Shown in pieces: positions 44,839 to 55,346 of a stretch of DNA of 56,586 nucleotides (positions are counted from its first letter, which is position 1; every line of letters starts with the position of its first letter). Location of the stretch: positions 1 through 56,586 of IMG/VR virus record IMGVR_UViG_3300031565_000038. One strand, given 5' to 3'. The DNA comes from a virus (Duplodnaviria > Caudoviricetes). Both the position numbers and the translations under genes were made by a program. The notes under the pieces were generated by a model. It searched no databases. It worked only from the letters and a program-made list of their open reading frames with translations, and was not told the DNA's origin.

Positions 44839-44982
44839 TTACTCTTTTTTCTTTGGTAGTTTGCCGCCAATTTCAACATACCATTCTTCCCAAGTCTTGT
44901 TATCGCCTTTACAATATTTATTGTACCAAGCCTCGAATTGCTTAGGTGTCAATTTAGCATACCTTTTATTCAAACTTTTCAT
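44839..44982 (-). CDS. Small protein (47 aa, not in ORF track)
   Basis: MKSLNKRYAKLTPKQFEAWY...; fills the gap with an overlapping start/stop. Confidence 0.55.
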   Translation of the reverse strand: MKSLNKRYAKLTPKQFEAWYNKYCKGDNKTWEEWYVEIGGKLPKKKE

Positions 44983-45887
44983 TATGCTTGTGGTTTAATT
45001 TCTAATCCATTTGAAATATACCCATAAAAAGTAGCGGTTGCAGCCTCATCGGTTACACGTATGGTCAAGGTATCACCAGCTGCTAAATTTGCAGGCACAG
45101 CATCTTTTTGAATTAAAAGATCATAAATGGACACATCATCGAAATCACTAATCGAAATTGCCGGTGTGCTTACACTTGTTATCAAAGTTTCAAAATCTGC
45201 ATCCACTAATGGATTTGTAGGCGCAAACCCTACACCGTCACGTGTGGTTATTTTTACCTGAACAATTCCAGTACTTATATTGTAAGGCGTTACAATTTTC
45301 ATCTTAAGCCCTACCGGTACATAATTTGTAAGATCGGTAAGCGTGTACCCAACGGATATAATTTCCCTGTTGTCCCATTGGTCTACATCACGTGCAAAGA
45401 AATAGAACGGGTAGCTGTTAGAAAGCGGATCTGCTGGAAGGTCGTTCTTTTTGTTAATTACAAAACGCATCCCTGAATAAGTGCCGTCCGAGTTCCTTGT
45501 AACGTCCCATTTTTTACCTTCAAGATAAATCAGCACGTCAACTGTCTGCCCATCGTAACCGTTCTTAGCCATATAATCGCAGAACGTTTCCCTCAAATAA
45601 GCAAGCATCGATGGAACTGGTTTGCTTTCCATGATCTTATAGTTGTTCGGCGTTGTGGTGATCGTTGGGTCATCTGTTGTTTTCTCTGTTGAATTTGTGA
45701 CAAGAACGTCACCCTTTACTCCTGCTGTTTTGCCAGCAACGATTGTTCTCATTGCAGTGGCAAGGTCATTGAGCTGCGCTTCTGTGTAGCTCTCACCGGG
45801 TCTTGTTATCAACGCAGCCTGTGGTTTACCTGGGAAGCATTCTTGCCCAGACCTGCCTACGAAAAATAACGGATTGTTACAGTTCAT
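44982..45887 (-). CDS. Putative major tail (tube) protein
   Basis: Position, size and composition. Confidence 0.6.
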   Translation of the reverse strand: MNCNNPLFFVGRSGQECFPGKPQAALITRPGESYTEAQLNDLATAMRTIVAGKTAGVKGDVLVTNSTEKTTDDPTITTTPNNYKIMESKPVPSMLAYLRETFCDYMAKNGYDGQTVDVLIYLEGKKWDVTRNSDGTYSGMRFVINKKNDLPADPLSNSYPFYFFARDVDQWDNREIISVGYTLTDLTNYVPVGLKMKIVTPYNISTGIVQVKITTRDGVGFAPTNPLVDADFETLITSVSTPAISISDFDDVSIYDLLIQKDAVPANLAAGDTLTIRVTDEAATATFYGYISNGLEIKPQA

Positions 45888-45903
45888 TTTTTTATTTTTT
45901 TAA

Positions 45904-46410
45904 TTAACAATTGTTTAATTTATAATCTACGCTTGTATCGAACCTGACAAGATAAAAGGGCTGCATATTGTCTTCTGGCTTTACCATCCCGAACTTCTCA
46001 AAAGCCTCCAGTCCTGATGTAATCTCAGGTGGTTCAAAATCCGTGTTGACCATCAAAGCGACAATGTCTTTATGCACAAGATCAATGGCATCGCCACGAT
46101 CCGTTACACTTGGATATATCCTCTCTATGTCAACCGAAAAATAAATGCCCACCTTCGCACGGTAATCAGAATAACTGTCGCCTAAATGCTCATGGTCGTT
46201 TTCTACAAGAAAAAAACTGCTCGCATCTATCCTGTCATCCAATAAAACTTCTTTGTAATCAAGTTTGTTTCCAAGATCAATAGCAGGGACTTTTTCACCT
46301 GCCCTCTCATTGTGAAAGGCACGCCCATAACTCGAATAGTTTGCGGTTGTCCACAGACCGTTCTCGAATATAGCCCTAAGCTCCTCTATCTTAGCCCCTA
46401 TCCCGATCAT
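45904..46410 (-). CDS. Putative tail terminator/completion protein
   Basis: Position; C-terminal DNMQPFYLVRFD. Confidence 0.5.
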   Translation of the reverse strand: MIGIGAKIEELRAIFENGLWTTANYSSYGRAFHNERAGEKVPAIDLGNKLDYKEVLLDDRIDASSFFLVENDHEHLGDSYSDYRAKVGIYFSVDIERIYPSVTDRGDAIDLVHKDIVALMVNTDFEPPEITSGLEAFEKFGMVKPEDNMQPFYLVRFDTSVDYKLNNC

Positions 46411-47462
46411 CTTAAAGTAGCGTTTATGATTCTTGGCTTATAAAAGAAGTCCTTTTTCAAATCCCTTATAGCCCTACCTATTTTCGATAATACGCCCTGA
46501 ACATAAACGGTTTCATCTTTGTAGCCGTGCAGCTCAAGGTTTATCTTCTTTATGTTCTCATCGGTTATGCTTTCCGTGCGGTTGCTCCTTGTCGAGTTTT
46601 TTACAAGGTCAAGAACCTTTGCAGCCATTGACAACTGTATTGCATATGCAAGTTTGTTCTTGTTCCTTATCATCAGCTCCGTGTAATCTTGATATACGTT
46701 TATGATGATGTTCAACCCTCCCGTATCCGAAAGGCTCTGATATTCCGTTACGTCCAAAACCTTGTTTGTATGCTGCACGTAAACAGGCTCGATATAAAAG
46801 TCCATTAACTGGAATTGATAACTCGACATGTCGTAATTCCTCTTATATGGTTTCGCCCCGTTAAGATCATCTTCAAAATAACCAACATAAAAAGTACCGC
46901 CCTTGTAAGAAACATCATCCGCTATATACCATTCCAAACTTTCAATTACAGACTCTCCAGCGGAAGTCGTTACCGATTTCGTTGCAATCGCTGCTTTTTT
47001 ATTTGAGTTGTACAAATAAACATTAAACGTTTTTTCAAGGTCAAAAGCCAATTCTATTTGAGAAATAACGGATAATATGCTATTTCTGCAAATAGGAACG
47101 ATTTTAAAACCTATGAACCTATTAGACGTGTCAAGCGTATCGCTAAAATTCTTCTCAAAAGGATAAAGGTTGCAAGAACTGATATGATCAGATTCCCCCT
47201 GCGTTACCTTAGAACATACATCGCTGATAACCGCCTTTTGCATTTTTGATAAATACGTGTTAAAAGCAACATCGGCAACAGCCCTGTCCTCTTGACAGTC
47301 CTTTACGTTCTTTATCGTAACCAAGGCAGAGGCATCCTGAAATTTCAATCCAGAGGTACTTCCAAGATTATCGGCGTCAACAATATCATACCCGGAAGTG
47401 GTCGGCTGATTCCAACCGACCAATCCGAATATTGAAGCCTGTATCTTGTCGTGCCTCAGCAT
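46407..47462 (-). CDS. Putative head-tail adaptor
   Basis: Position after the capsid genes. Confidence 0.55.
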   Translation of the reverse strand: MLRHDKIQASIFGLVGWNQPTTSGYDIVDADNLGSTSGLKFQDASALVTIKNVKDCQEDRAVADVAFNTYLSKMQKAVISDVCSKVTQGESDHISSCNLYPFEKNFSDTLDTSNRFIGFKIVPICRNSILSVISQIELAFDLEKTFNVYLYNSNKKAAIATKSVTTSAGESVIESLEWYIADDVSYKGGTFYVGYFEDDLNGAKPYKRNYDMSSYQFQLMDFYIEPVYVQHTNKVLDVTEYQSLSDTGGLNIIINVYQDYTELMIRNKNKLAYAIQLSMAAKVLDLVKNSTRSNRTESITDENIKKINLELHGYKDETVYVQGVLSKIGRAIRDLKKDFFYKPRIINATLR

Positions 47463-47948
47463 TTAGTACCAAAATTTAAAATACCACTTTGTTGTTTTAA
47501 GTTTGAGTTCATCGGTTATACCTTTTTCAAGAATACGCCAATACCTTGCTTTCACAGCAGTGGTAGACGTTATCCTGAATGTTGTATCAACAGTGCCTGC
47601 ATAAGTAATGGTATCCAAAGCAGTATATGCCTCATCTGGGAACTCCTTGTACTGTAGTATAAAATAATGGGCATTTGCAATTCCTGCCGTTCCGCCCAAT
47701 GAATCAACATCCATATATAAATCACAGATAGTTTCAACATTTGTATTTACAAAAATAGTTTTTGTAAGTGTTGAATCCGCAGTTCCTGTTGTGTCAGCTG
47801 CAGTTCCCGTAATAAAATAAGCTGTTTTCCCATCTGAAAGAACGTTGTCGTATGCAGTATCTTTTCCCCTGAATTGCGCCATTATAGAAAATGAAACAAA
47901 CATTAAAGCAATATATAATATTATTTTTTTCATCTTATTGTCCTCCAT
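47463..47948 (-). CDS. Virion-module protein with signal-peptide-like N terminus
   Basis: MKKIILYIALMFVSFSIMA-Q; directly after the capsid gene. Confidence 0.6.
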   Translation of the reverse strand: MEDNKMKKIILYIALMFVSFSIMAQFRGKDTAYDNVLSDGKTAYFITGTAADTTGTADSTLTKTIFVNTNVETICDLYMDVDSLGGTAGIANAHYFILQYKEFPDEAYTALDTITYAGTVDTTFRITSTTAVKARYWRILEKGITDELKLKTTKWYFKFWY

Positions 47949-48987
47949 TATTTAATACATCAAATTTAAATATAGGACTTGCGTTAGCGGTTGACATTAC
48001 AGCTTTAACAGGCGAAAGGTCAACAGAAATCTCTACAAATACATTGATATCCTGTGTTTCCCCAGAAGTTGCTTGGTTGTCAGCGCCTGCATAACGTTCA
48101 TGAACAGCAAAAGTAAGCCCTGTTCCAAACGGGTCTTCCAATGTGGTATAAAATCCACCTGCTTCACCTGAACTACCAAAATCCCTTTTGTTCAAGTTTG
48201 GAATCCAAGGTAATATACCAACAGTTCCAGCAGGGAAAATAAACCCTGAGCCAAACGATCCTTCCGGCACTGTAATATCCTGTGATACCATTCCGTTGAT
48301 ATCTTGCATTTGCCATGCTAGGTTTTCATTGTTACCCTGCCCTTGCTGTACTAAAAACTCACCTTCTTGGTATAAAAGCTCATCAGCGATCATTTCGTAC
48401 ATACCCTTGTATTTTTGTTCACGCATAAACCCTTTAACACGCTGCGCCCATCTGTTCAGATCAGCATTTGCAACATCGAATTTGTAATTGGTCGGATCCC
48501 ATGTACCTGAACGTGGCGTCAAGGATTCCACGACCTGTGATTTGTTTGTGTTCATCCATGTTGCAAGACCGCTCTCAATATCTTCGTGCAATGCTATGAT
48601 CGAAGAAAGAACTTGTCTGGATTGGATTTCAGCCAATTCCCATATAATACGGTCGGATTCTTTAATAGAATAGCCGAAATTAGCCGCATAAGTGGTAAAT
48701 GTAGCGTCTACGCTCGTACCGTCATTTTTACTGCCTGTATGGGCTGCGGAACGTGCATTTGTTACGGAAATACTCTGTTTGTTGAGTATTTTAATTGATA
48801 CAGTGTTCTGATCCGATTGTTTCAAACCAAGTACACGTTCTTTTTCAGAAGCAGGGATCAAAAAATCCGTATTCCTCAAAAGAGTTGTTAATGTTGGAGA
48901 TGGAGATTTTCTAAACTCAGGTGCGCTCATTGCCTCATTAAGTTTATATTTAAAAGCATCCCAACGTTGTGTTGAATAATTTGCCAT
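47935..48987 (-). CDS. Major capsid protein
   Basis: 350 aa, follows scaffold and portal genes. Confidence 0.75.
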   Translation of the reverse strand: MANYSTQRWDAFKYKLNEAMSAPEFRKSPSPTLTTLLRNTDFLIPASEKERVLGLKQSDQNTVSIKILNKQSISVTNARSAAHTGSKNDGTSVDATFTTYAANFGYSIKESDRIIWELAEIQSRQVLSSIIALHEDIESGLATWMNTNKSQVVESLTPRSGTWDPTNYKFDVANADLNRWAQRVKGFMREQKYKGMYEMIADELLYQEGEFLVQQGQGNNENLAWQMQDINGMVSQDITVPEGSFGSGFIFPAGTVGILPWIPNLNKRDFGSSGEAGGFYTTLEDPFGTGLTFAVHERYAGADNQATSGETQDINVFVEISVDLSPVKAVMSTANASPIFKFDVLNNGGQ

Positions 48988-49040
48988 TTTAATATTTTTT
49001 AATTAATAATTTAGCCGCATCTGGCTTGATATCCCAAGTC

Positions 49041-49934
49041 TTAATCTTGACTTATATTTTCTAATATATATTGACCTTCCTTTGACCTAATGTCTATTTT
49101 GTTTTTTTCCATGTGTGCAAAAGCCTCGTTCTTTGTTTTGAATTTAGGCTTGGTTGGTATTTGGTCAGGCATTGACCTTCCAGCAGGTTTTTTGTTCCAT
49201 TCGTTTTCCGCTATGTAATCGGCTGCAACCGTGCTGAAAGATACTGGTTTTTCCATTTTATCAAGTACTGGCTTACCCCATCTTGTTGGTGATTCCTTGC
49301 CATTTTCGTCAATATTTACACCGTAACCGTCAGATTTGAACAAGGTTGTAAATTGGCTTTTTGTCAGCCCTTCGACTTTTGGCAAATTGGCATGAAGGAA
49401 ATTATCTTCTTTCAAAGAACTTATTTTTTTATTGAATATTTGTTCGCTTTTTTCCCATTCATTCTTTTCTTTTTCGTATGTTTTTTGGATTTTACTGTTG
49501 CTTTCCTCCAGTTCCTTGATCCGCTTATTTGGCTCGATTTTAGAATCGGACAGTATTTTCTCTTTAAAATTCGTTGATACGTGCTTCGCCGTTTCATCAA
49601 AATCTATCTTACCGTCACCTGCATATTTTATTTTACCCTCAAATTCAAGCCCATTGGTATTTTTGAATGCCTTTACGGTTTGCTCTACGCCTGATTTCAT
49701 CCCATCAACATACCCATCGTTTTTGCTTTTCAAACTATCCCCTTCTGTTGATTTTCTCACGCTTTCCTTGACGTCTTCAAGTTCCGCATCGGATAACAGG
49801 TTTAATTTATTTGTTTTGATCTCAACTTCATCTTCCGAAGTTATAAATGTTTTTAAATCTTCGACAGTAATATCTTTGTCGTTAACTTTTATTCCCTTTA
49901 GCCTATCTGCTAAAATATCTAAGTTTTTAATCAT
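49041..49934 (-). CDS. Capsid scaffolding protein
   Basis: Charged coiled coil between portal and capsid. Confidence 0.65.
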   Translation of the reverse strand: MIKNLDILADRLKGIKVNDKDITVEDLKTFITSEDEVEIKTNKLNLLSDAELEDVKESVRKSTEGDSLKSKNDGYVDGMKSGVEQTVKAFKNTNGLEFEGKIKYAGDGKIDFDETAKHVSTNFKEKILSDSKIEPNKRIKELEESNSKIQKTYEKEKNEWEKSEQIFNKKISSLKEDNFLHANLPKVEGLTKSQFTTLFKSDGYGVNIDENGKESPTRWGKPVLDKMEKPVSFSTVAADYIAENEWNKKPAGRSMPDQIPTKPKFKTKNEAFAHMEKNKIDIRSKEGQYILENISQD

Positions 49935-50170
49935 TTTTTAATTTCCTCCTTTGTTTTTAAAATCTCATTGCTTGTTGCTTTATCAGCCTTGTTTTCATTT
50001 AGTTGTTTTTTCGCAAGTTCATAATGTATTTTTGTCTGAATCGTGCTGTTGTTCAATCGCTCCGCTTCATGTTCATAAATCATTACAGATTTACGTGCCG
50101 TTGGCATTTTTTCTATTATTTTACCGTCTTGGATTACCACGGTAAATTCATTGTACTTCTTTTGTTCCAT
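49931..50170 (-). CDS. Hypothetical protein
   Basis: Coupled ORF. Confidence 0.6.
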   Translation of the reverse strand: MEQKKYNEFTVVIQDGKIIEKMPTARKSVMIYEHEAERLNNSTIQTKIHYELAKKQLNENKADKATSNEILKTKEEIKK

Positions 50171-51827
50171 TTTCTTCTATTTTTATGTTATCAACAAATT
50201 GGTTAAAATCTTTTACGTAATCATCATAACTGCCACTGAAAAAATCCTCATCCTTGGTCATCACCCATTCAGAAAATGCCACCTTCTTTTGTTTTAATCC
50301 CAATGGCAATTCCATTTTCAAAACATCATCAACCGTATAATGCACCAATGGATCAACTCGCATCAACGTTGTGTATTTATGAAAAGAAATCGGGTCGTTC
50401 TCAAATTCGCTGTTATAATATTGCGATAAAATGAAGTTCATGACCGATACTGTCAATTTTTTTTCTTTTGCTTCTGAGTATTCCTTCAATATCACGTTGG
50501 CATCCCCTATCACATATCTGTCTCCAAGGTTTATAGAACTTCCTTGATATGAACTTCCAAACATGAACTTTCCAAGAGTGTCGGTAAAATATGTTATGAT
50601 CCGCTCATAACTAACAGAATATGAATGCAGTTTATCTAGTTTTGGTTGCGCCCTCAATACTTCACCCGTTGCAGTGTTCGGTGTTATTTCAATATCATAT
50701 ACCCCCCAATGGCTTTTGTTTATGGCTTTTTCCAATAGTCCTAAATCTTCTGTCATCTGCTTCCATGTATCAATCGGTGGCGACACATATCCTGCAACAT
50801 CAGGAGCAAGTTTTGTCTCGTCCCCTTCAGGTGTTTTCAGCCCGATAACATCCGATACGTCTTTTTTCAAAGCATAACCAGTCCCACCGCATTGTGAGCA
50901 AACTATGTCCGTTTGATCTATATTGATAGTACCATGCCCTTTGCAAGCCTCGCAACGTGAGAAATATTTCCAAAATACTGGATAACCGTGTAAAAACTTG
51001 AATATCCTACGGACAGAATTATCAACAAGGAATTCTTTTGCAAGTTCAATTTCGTTGTCGATAGAACTCATTTTATATCCAGTCTCAGTATTCGGTATAT
51101 CTGAAATTATCTGTGCAGGTACTTCACCGAACATATTCGGTATGGTGTATGGAATCACACCTATCTTTTGAATGATTTCAGGCGTGATCTCTGGTATATA
51201 AGAAGTATAGTTTTCTTTTGTTAACAGAATAATGGAATTTTCTTTTTTAACATATAAATAATCAAACTCCTCATCAATTACCCTAAAAACTTCAAGCTCG
51301 TCCGTTTTTTTGTGATTTATCTTGACTGGTTCAAATATTACCCATAACAGTTTTTGGTTTTCAAAACCGTAATTATATATGCTGTTTATGGATTTATACG
51401 TGATGAAGGGATTGCCATCTGAATCTGTTTCGTACATGAATATGCCGTTTGGATCAACCGCTAATTTGTCTTTCCAGTACAATTGAAGCCACTCGTTCAA
51501 CGAATAACCCCTCATGTTTTTCAGTGCTTTTTCAAAAGCATTACGTTGGGCATCCCCTTTGAGGTCAAAAATAAAACTCCCACCTTTTGCTTTGAATATT
51601 TTGTTTATCGGAGCAAATAGATTTGAGAACAGACTTTGGTTTGTCCCAGAAAACCTTCTCCTTAAGCTTAATTGTTCTTCATTCTCAAGTCCTGAAATTT
51701 GTGATAAATATTGAGCCGTGCCAGTTCCGTAAACTTGGATTTTATATTCTTCGTGTTTTGTACGAAGTGTTTTGATTTCTTCGTTTCCTTTTTTGAATTG
51801 AAATAATATATGTTGTTCCGTTATCAT
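50148..51827 (-). CDS. Portal protein with DnaJ-type zinc-finger insertion
   Basis: Follows terL; FGEVPA motif; CEACKGHG..CSQCGGTG. Confidence 0.8.
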   Translation of the reverse strand: MITEQHILFQFKKGNEEIKTLRTKHEEYKIQVYGTGTAQYLSQISGLENEEQLSLRRRFSGTNQSLFSNLFAPINKIFKAKGGSFIFDLKGDAQRNAFEKALKNMRGYSLNEWLQLYWKDKLAVDPNGIFMYETDSDGNPFITYKSINSIYNYGFENQKLLWVIFEPVKINHKKTDELEVFRVIDEEFDYLYVKKENSIILLTKENYTSYIPEITPEIIQKIGVIPYTIPNMFGEVPAQIISDIPNTETGYKMSSIDNEIELAKEFLVDNSVRRIFKFLHGYPVFWKYFSRCEACKGHGTINIDQTDIVCSQCGGTGYALKKDVSDVIGLKTPEGDETKLAPDVAGYVSPPIDTWKQMTEDLGLLEKAINKSHWGVYDIEITPNTATGEVLRAQPKLDKLHSYSVSYERIITYFTDTLGKFMFGSSYQGSSINLGDRYVIGDANVILKEYSEAKEKKLTVSVMNFILSQYYNSEFENDPISFHKYTTLMRVDPLVHYTVDDVLKMELPLGLKQKKVAFSEWVMTKDEDFFSGSYDDYVKDFNQFVDNIKIEENGTKEVQ

Positions 51828-51857
51828 TTATTTTTTTTGCTATCCGCAACCAATCTT

Positions 51858-53279
51858 TTAATATACCAATATTGATTTCTTTTTTATTGAAAAATACATC
51901 CCCATCAGTAACATATCCAAGTAATCAGGTGACCTACCAAGGAGTTTTTTCATTTTATCTTTGGATATCAACCTTTTTTTACTTTCATCATTATTTAAAT
52001 TCTCTCTCTTTAAACATGTACCGATTTCTTTTTTTATTTCTTTTTCCTGCTCCTCGCTGCAAACAATATAAATATTCCTTGAGTTTATCATCTCCGCCAA
52101 TTTAAAACCGCATTCTGATTTTAAATTGAAATAGGTCTTGTCATTTGCTTTACTACCACCATGGAATGTTGCTATATTTTTTAAATAACCCTCAAGGTAT
52201 GCTCCCATTCCATCAGAATCGGCAACTATCCTTGTATTTGGTGTAGCTGTTTTGTTTTTCAGTTCAGTTAAATCTTTCTCTATCGACTTTCCATCGGATT
52301 TTCCTTTGTCAATTTTAATGCTGCACCTTAAGCCATCCCAGTGACCAGCTATAAACCTATCCCTGCCCTGCATCGCCAAATCCGCACTTATTGATTTCAT
52401 TCCACTTTTTACATGCGAATTAGTGAACATATCGCATATGGCATCGTAATCGCATAAAGCCGAAGGGTCGTCATCGTACTCGAAATTTCCGTATATCTGC
52501 CTTTGGATCGTTATTTGATCGCCTGTTTTCATTAAATCCTCTACCCATTCTTTTACCAATGGATTTGGATTATCTGTAGGCAAAGCTGGAATAAACTTCC
52601 TGTGTTCTGGTTCTTTTTCATCACGGAACGGTATATAATACCGTTCATAAACATGGTTTTTTGCTGGATTGAAACATTCAAATTGCTTTCTTTTCAAACC
52701 GTATTTATCATTGTTTCTCCACCCAGTGCGTTCTAAAAGCTTATTGACTACAGAAGGTTCTGTCTCCTCACTTTGATCTATTGCAGACCTCGTTAATTCA
52801 AATCCACCGAATCTTGTATTCAATGGGTCGGATGGTTTATAAAAAGTATCAATCAAAAATATGTCTGATCCTGTGCTGAATGTTATCTTATTGAGTTCGT
52901 GATTATAATTGAAAGTGTTTTTTGCCTTCTTGTTTATTTTAAAATCCTTGATCCCATAAAATTGAAATTGCTTTAACAGTGTCAACAATACAGTACGTTT
53001 CAATACGGTCAATTCCTTACGCCCCAACCCCCAAGCAATATCAGGATATGCGAACCCGTCAAATATCATTATGGTTGATTCGATAATTGTTTTTCCGCCA
53101 CGTGCAGAACCACCATAGCCAACCTCTAACGTTTCTTGATCGTTCAACAGTTCAAATGTTTTCACTTGTTTTTCTGTCATGTAAAAATAATCCCCATTTG
53201 GGTATTCGCCTATCGGGATGCTCTTATATTCTCCACGCTTGTAAAGCTCAACGTATATATCAAATTCATGTTCCGTCAT
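51858..53279 (-). CDS. terL: Terminase large subunit
   Basis: YGGSARGGKT Walker A; FNP; nuclease motifs ADLA..GRD and RSPDYLD. Confidence 0.92.
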   Translation of the reverse strand: MTEHEFDIYVELYKRGEYKSIPIGEYPNGDYFYMTEKQVKTFELLNDQETLEVGYGGSARGGKTIIESTIMIFDGFAYPDIAWGLGRKELTVLKRTVLLTLLKQFQFYGIKDFKINKKAKNTFNYNHELNKITFSTGSDIFLIDTFYKPSDPLNTRFGGFELTRSAIDQSEETEPSVVNKLLERTGWRNNDKYGLKRKQFECFNPAKNHVYERYYIPFRDEKEPEHRKFIPALPTDNPNPLVKEWVEDLMKTGDQITIQRQIYGNFEYDDDPSALCDYDAICDMFTNSHVKSGMKSISADLAMQGRDRFIAGHWDGLRCSIKIDKGKSDGKSIEKDLTELKNKTATPNTRIVADSDGMGAYLEGYLKNIATFHGGSKANDKTYFNLKSECGFKLAEMINSRNIYIVCSEEQEKEIKKEIGTCLKRENLNNDESKKRLISKDKMKKLLGRSPDYLDMLLMGMYFSIKKKSILVY

Positions 53280-53411
53280 TTAAATAATGATTTCAAAGAA
53301 CGATGTATAAGATCAAAATCGCTACAATGCTTTTCTTCTATAAATTCTGTGGTCAGCAATTTTAAGCTTTCTTACAAAAGTAAGCCTTAATTGCCCTAAA
53401 TGGTAATGGTT

Positions 53412-53654
53412 TTATTTTTTGTGTAGTTTATACGACATAAACGAAGGTTTAAGTGCAAACCCTTTTCTTTGTTTACAAGTGGTTTGATTGAAGTATATTG
53501 CCCATGAATTGAATATTTTCTCGTTGCACCCTATCTCTTCTGCTTCTTTTTGCCAACGTTTAATTGATTGTGATCCAATGTGAACCATTCTCGCTGCTTT
53601 GGCACGTGAAACATTTGAATAAGCTTGTTTTGTTTTGCGGTTTATAAGTATCAT
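53412..53654 (-). CDS. HTH-like hypothetical protein
   Basis: SRAKAARMVHIGSQSIKRW. Confidence 0.55.
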   Translation of the reverse strand: MILINRKTKQAYSNVSRAKAARMVHIGSQSIKRWQKEAEEIGCNEKIFNSWAIYFNQTTCKQRKGFALKPSFMSYKLHKK

Positions 53655-53821
53655 TTATTATTACATTCTTTTACTTTTTATAACAACTCTTTAATTTACC
53701 GCTATCATTGCTTATCCCTGCACGAACCAAGAACGCAAGAGCTTCACGCCTTGAAGATTCCTTTTTTTTTGAAAAGTCAACGAAGTATCTTAAGTATTTT
53801 CGATGTTCTTCCCTGTTCATT

Positions 53822-54067
53822 TTACACACTTTTGATTTCGTACTCGCATAGCATGTGGTCGTATATTTCAGGTTCATCATAAACACCATCGTACCATGAG
53901 ATTGCCTCCACGTTAAAATAAACAATCGTTTCTCTTAAAATTGAATTTTTTATTTCTCTTGCCTCGTTTACCAAAACTGGTCGGTTGCTCAAACGGCACC
54001 AATAAATTTTGCCTTCTTCAAGTTCTTCTCTTTTCAGTGGCTTTCCTATGATTCGTTTTTGTTTCAT
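53822..54067 (-). CDS. Hypothetical protein
   Basis: ORF. Confidence 0.6.
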   Translation of the reverse strand: MKQKRIIGKPLKREELEEGKIYWCRLSNRPVLVNEAREIKNSILRETIVYFNVEAISWYDGVYDEPEIYDHMLCEYEIKSV

Positions 54068-54101
54068 ATGTTTTATTTTTTAATGGTTTATATGAATTGC
54101 T

Positions 54102-54290
54102 TCAATGATTATCGTGCTTTATCTTTAAAGTTTTATTGTCACTCCTTCCAAGGTTATCTTTAAAATCATCCATTACTTTTTCCATATCTGACAAACTCCT
54201 AACGCTTTCGTCAAGAATGACTATCCCGTTGATCTTCAATTTTTTCTTGCATTTATTGTCCATATCAAACAAATTCTTTATTTTACTCAT
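54102..54290 (-). CDS. Hypothetical protein
   Basis: ORF. Confidence 0.5.
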   Translation of the reverse strand: MSKIKNLFDMDNKCKKKLKINGIVILDESVRSLSDMEKVMDDFKDNLGRSDNKTLKIKHDNH

Positions 54291-54387
54291 GATAAATTTA
54301 ATTTTAAATTAACATTTGTTTTGTTTATATGGCATAAAGTTAACATTTTCAAAGAAGGAAATCAATCATTTTTGCGTATCACAATAT

Positions 54388-54759
54388 TTATTTTAAGATT
54401 ACAATATTACTCGGCTCTGGCATATCATCCATCCTGATAGCCCTTATTGTTTCTTTTCCTTTGATTATTGCGCTGACAACCCTATGCCATCCATCACAGA
54501 TAAAACCAGTACTGCTCAATATCACTGGGAAATCAAGATTTGCGTCCTTTACTCTTTTTCCGTGTTCGATAAAACATAAAACAGAATCAACATCCCAAAC
54601 CTTTACATCTAAATCAATGCCGTCCAATATTAAATCAAATTCTTTAAAATCATTTTCTTTACAATATTGAATCAGTTTTGGAACATCCTATATATATTCT
54701 TTGTCAACTGTATACCTTGTAAAAGTACCCTCGCTTAATTTAGTTTTGTTTATTTTCAT
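54388..54759 (-). pseudogene. ParB/Srx-like gene with an in-frame amber stop
   Basis: PVIL..ICDGWHRV motif; the frame extends to an ATG at 54759 through a single TAG at 54688..54690. Confidence 0.6.
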
Positions 54760-54806
54760 ATGATAATAGTTTTTAATTTACCAAATGGCAAAAACAGACG
54801 TTAAAT

Positions 54807-55334
54807 TCATTCTCGCACGTTATCTTTTTTTGAAAGTTTGTTTATTGCATCAGCCCTTTTCTGGAGTTCTTCTGTTGACATGTTCGTATAATCACCATAT
54901 AAAGGTTTACCGTCCTTACCCGAAAGTTCGGTTTCGGATTTTTCTTTCAGCCCTAAATCACGTGCGATTATATTCTCTTTAAATATCCCTACCGCAGCCC
55001 CTTCAAATTTTTGGCTTCTGAATATTTTATTTATTATATGTATGATATCCGAAAAATCTTCATATGTTCCTTCTGCTTTTCTGTAATCCTCAAGTTTTGC
55101 AAGCCCCGTTTTTTCAAACACAAAATACTCAAACCCATCCCAAGTATATGGTCTTTTCAATTCTATTTCATTAACATTCTTTGTTCCTTTGTTGTCTTGA
55201 ACCTTGATGGGGTTGGAATCTATATGTTGCTTATAATCATAGGCAAGTAAAAATAGTTCTTTAGGGGTGAGTATTTTAGACCTCCCATGCTCCTCTCTTA
55301 GTTTCCAAAATTCATTTCCCTTAGGTGCTGCCAT
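54807..55334 (-). CDS. terS: Terminase small subunit (P22 gp3-like)
   Basis: MAAPKGNEFWKLR..HGR, RPYT and KFEGAAVGIFKENIIARDLGL motifs. Confidence 0.9.
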   Translation of the reverse strand: MAAPKGNEFWKLREEHGRSKILTPKELFLLAYDYKQHIDSNPIKVQDNKGTKNVNEIELKRPYTWDGFEYFVFEKTGLAKLEDYRKAEGTYEDFSDIIHIINKIFRSQKFEGAAVGIFKENIIARDLGLKEKSETELSGKDGKPLYGDYTNMSTEELQKRADAINKLSKKDNVRE

Positions 55335-55338
55335 AATG

Positions 55339-55346
55339 CAAAGATA
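55339..55346 (-). promoter_or_regulatory. -7 promoter element 4 nt upstream of the terS ATG (possibly leaderless mRNA)
   Basis: TATCTTTG-CATT-ATG. Confidence 0.5.

Noticed and set aside
54688-54690. Genome-wide amber recoding
   Set aside because: Long structural genes are intact in code 11 and several genes end normally in TAG
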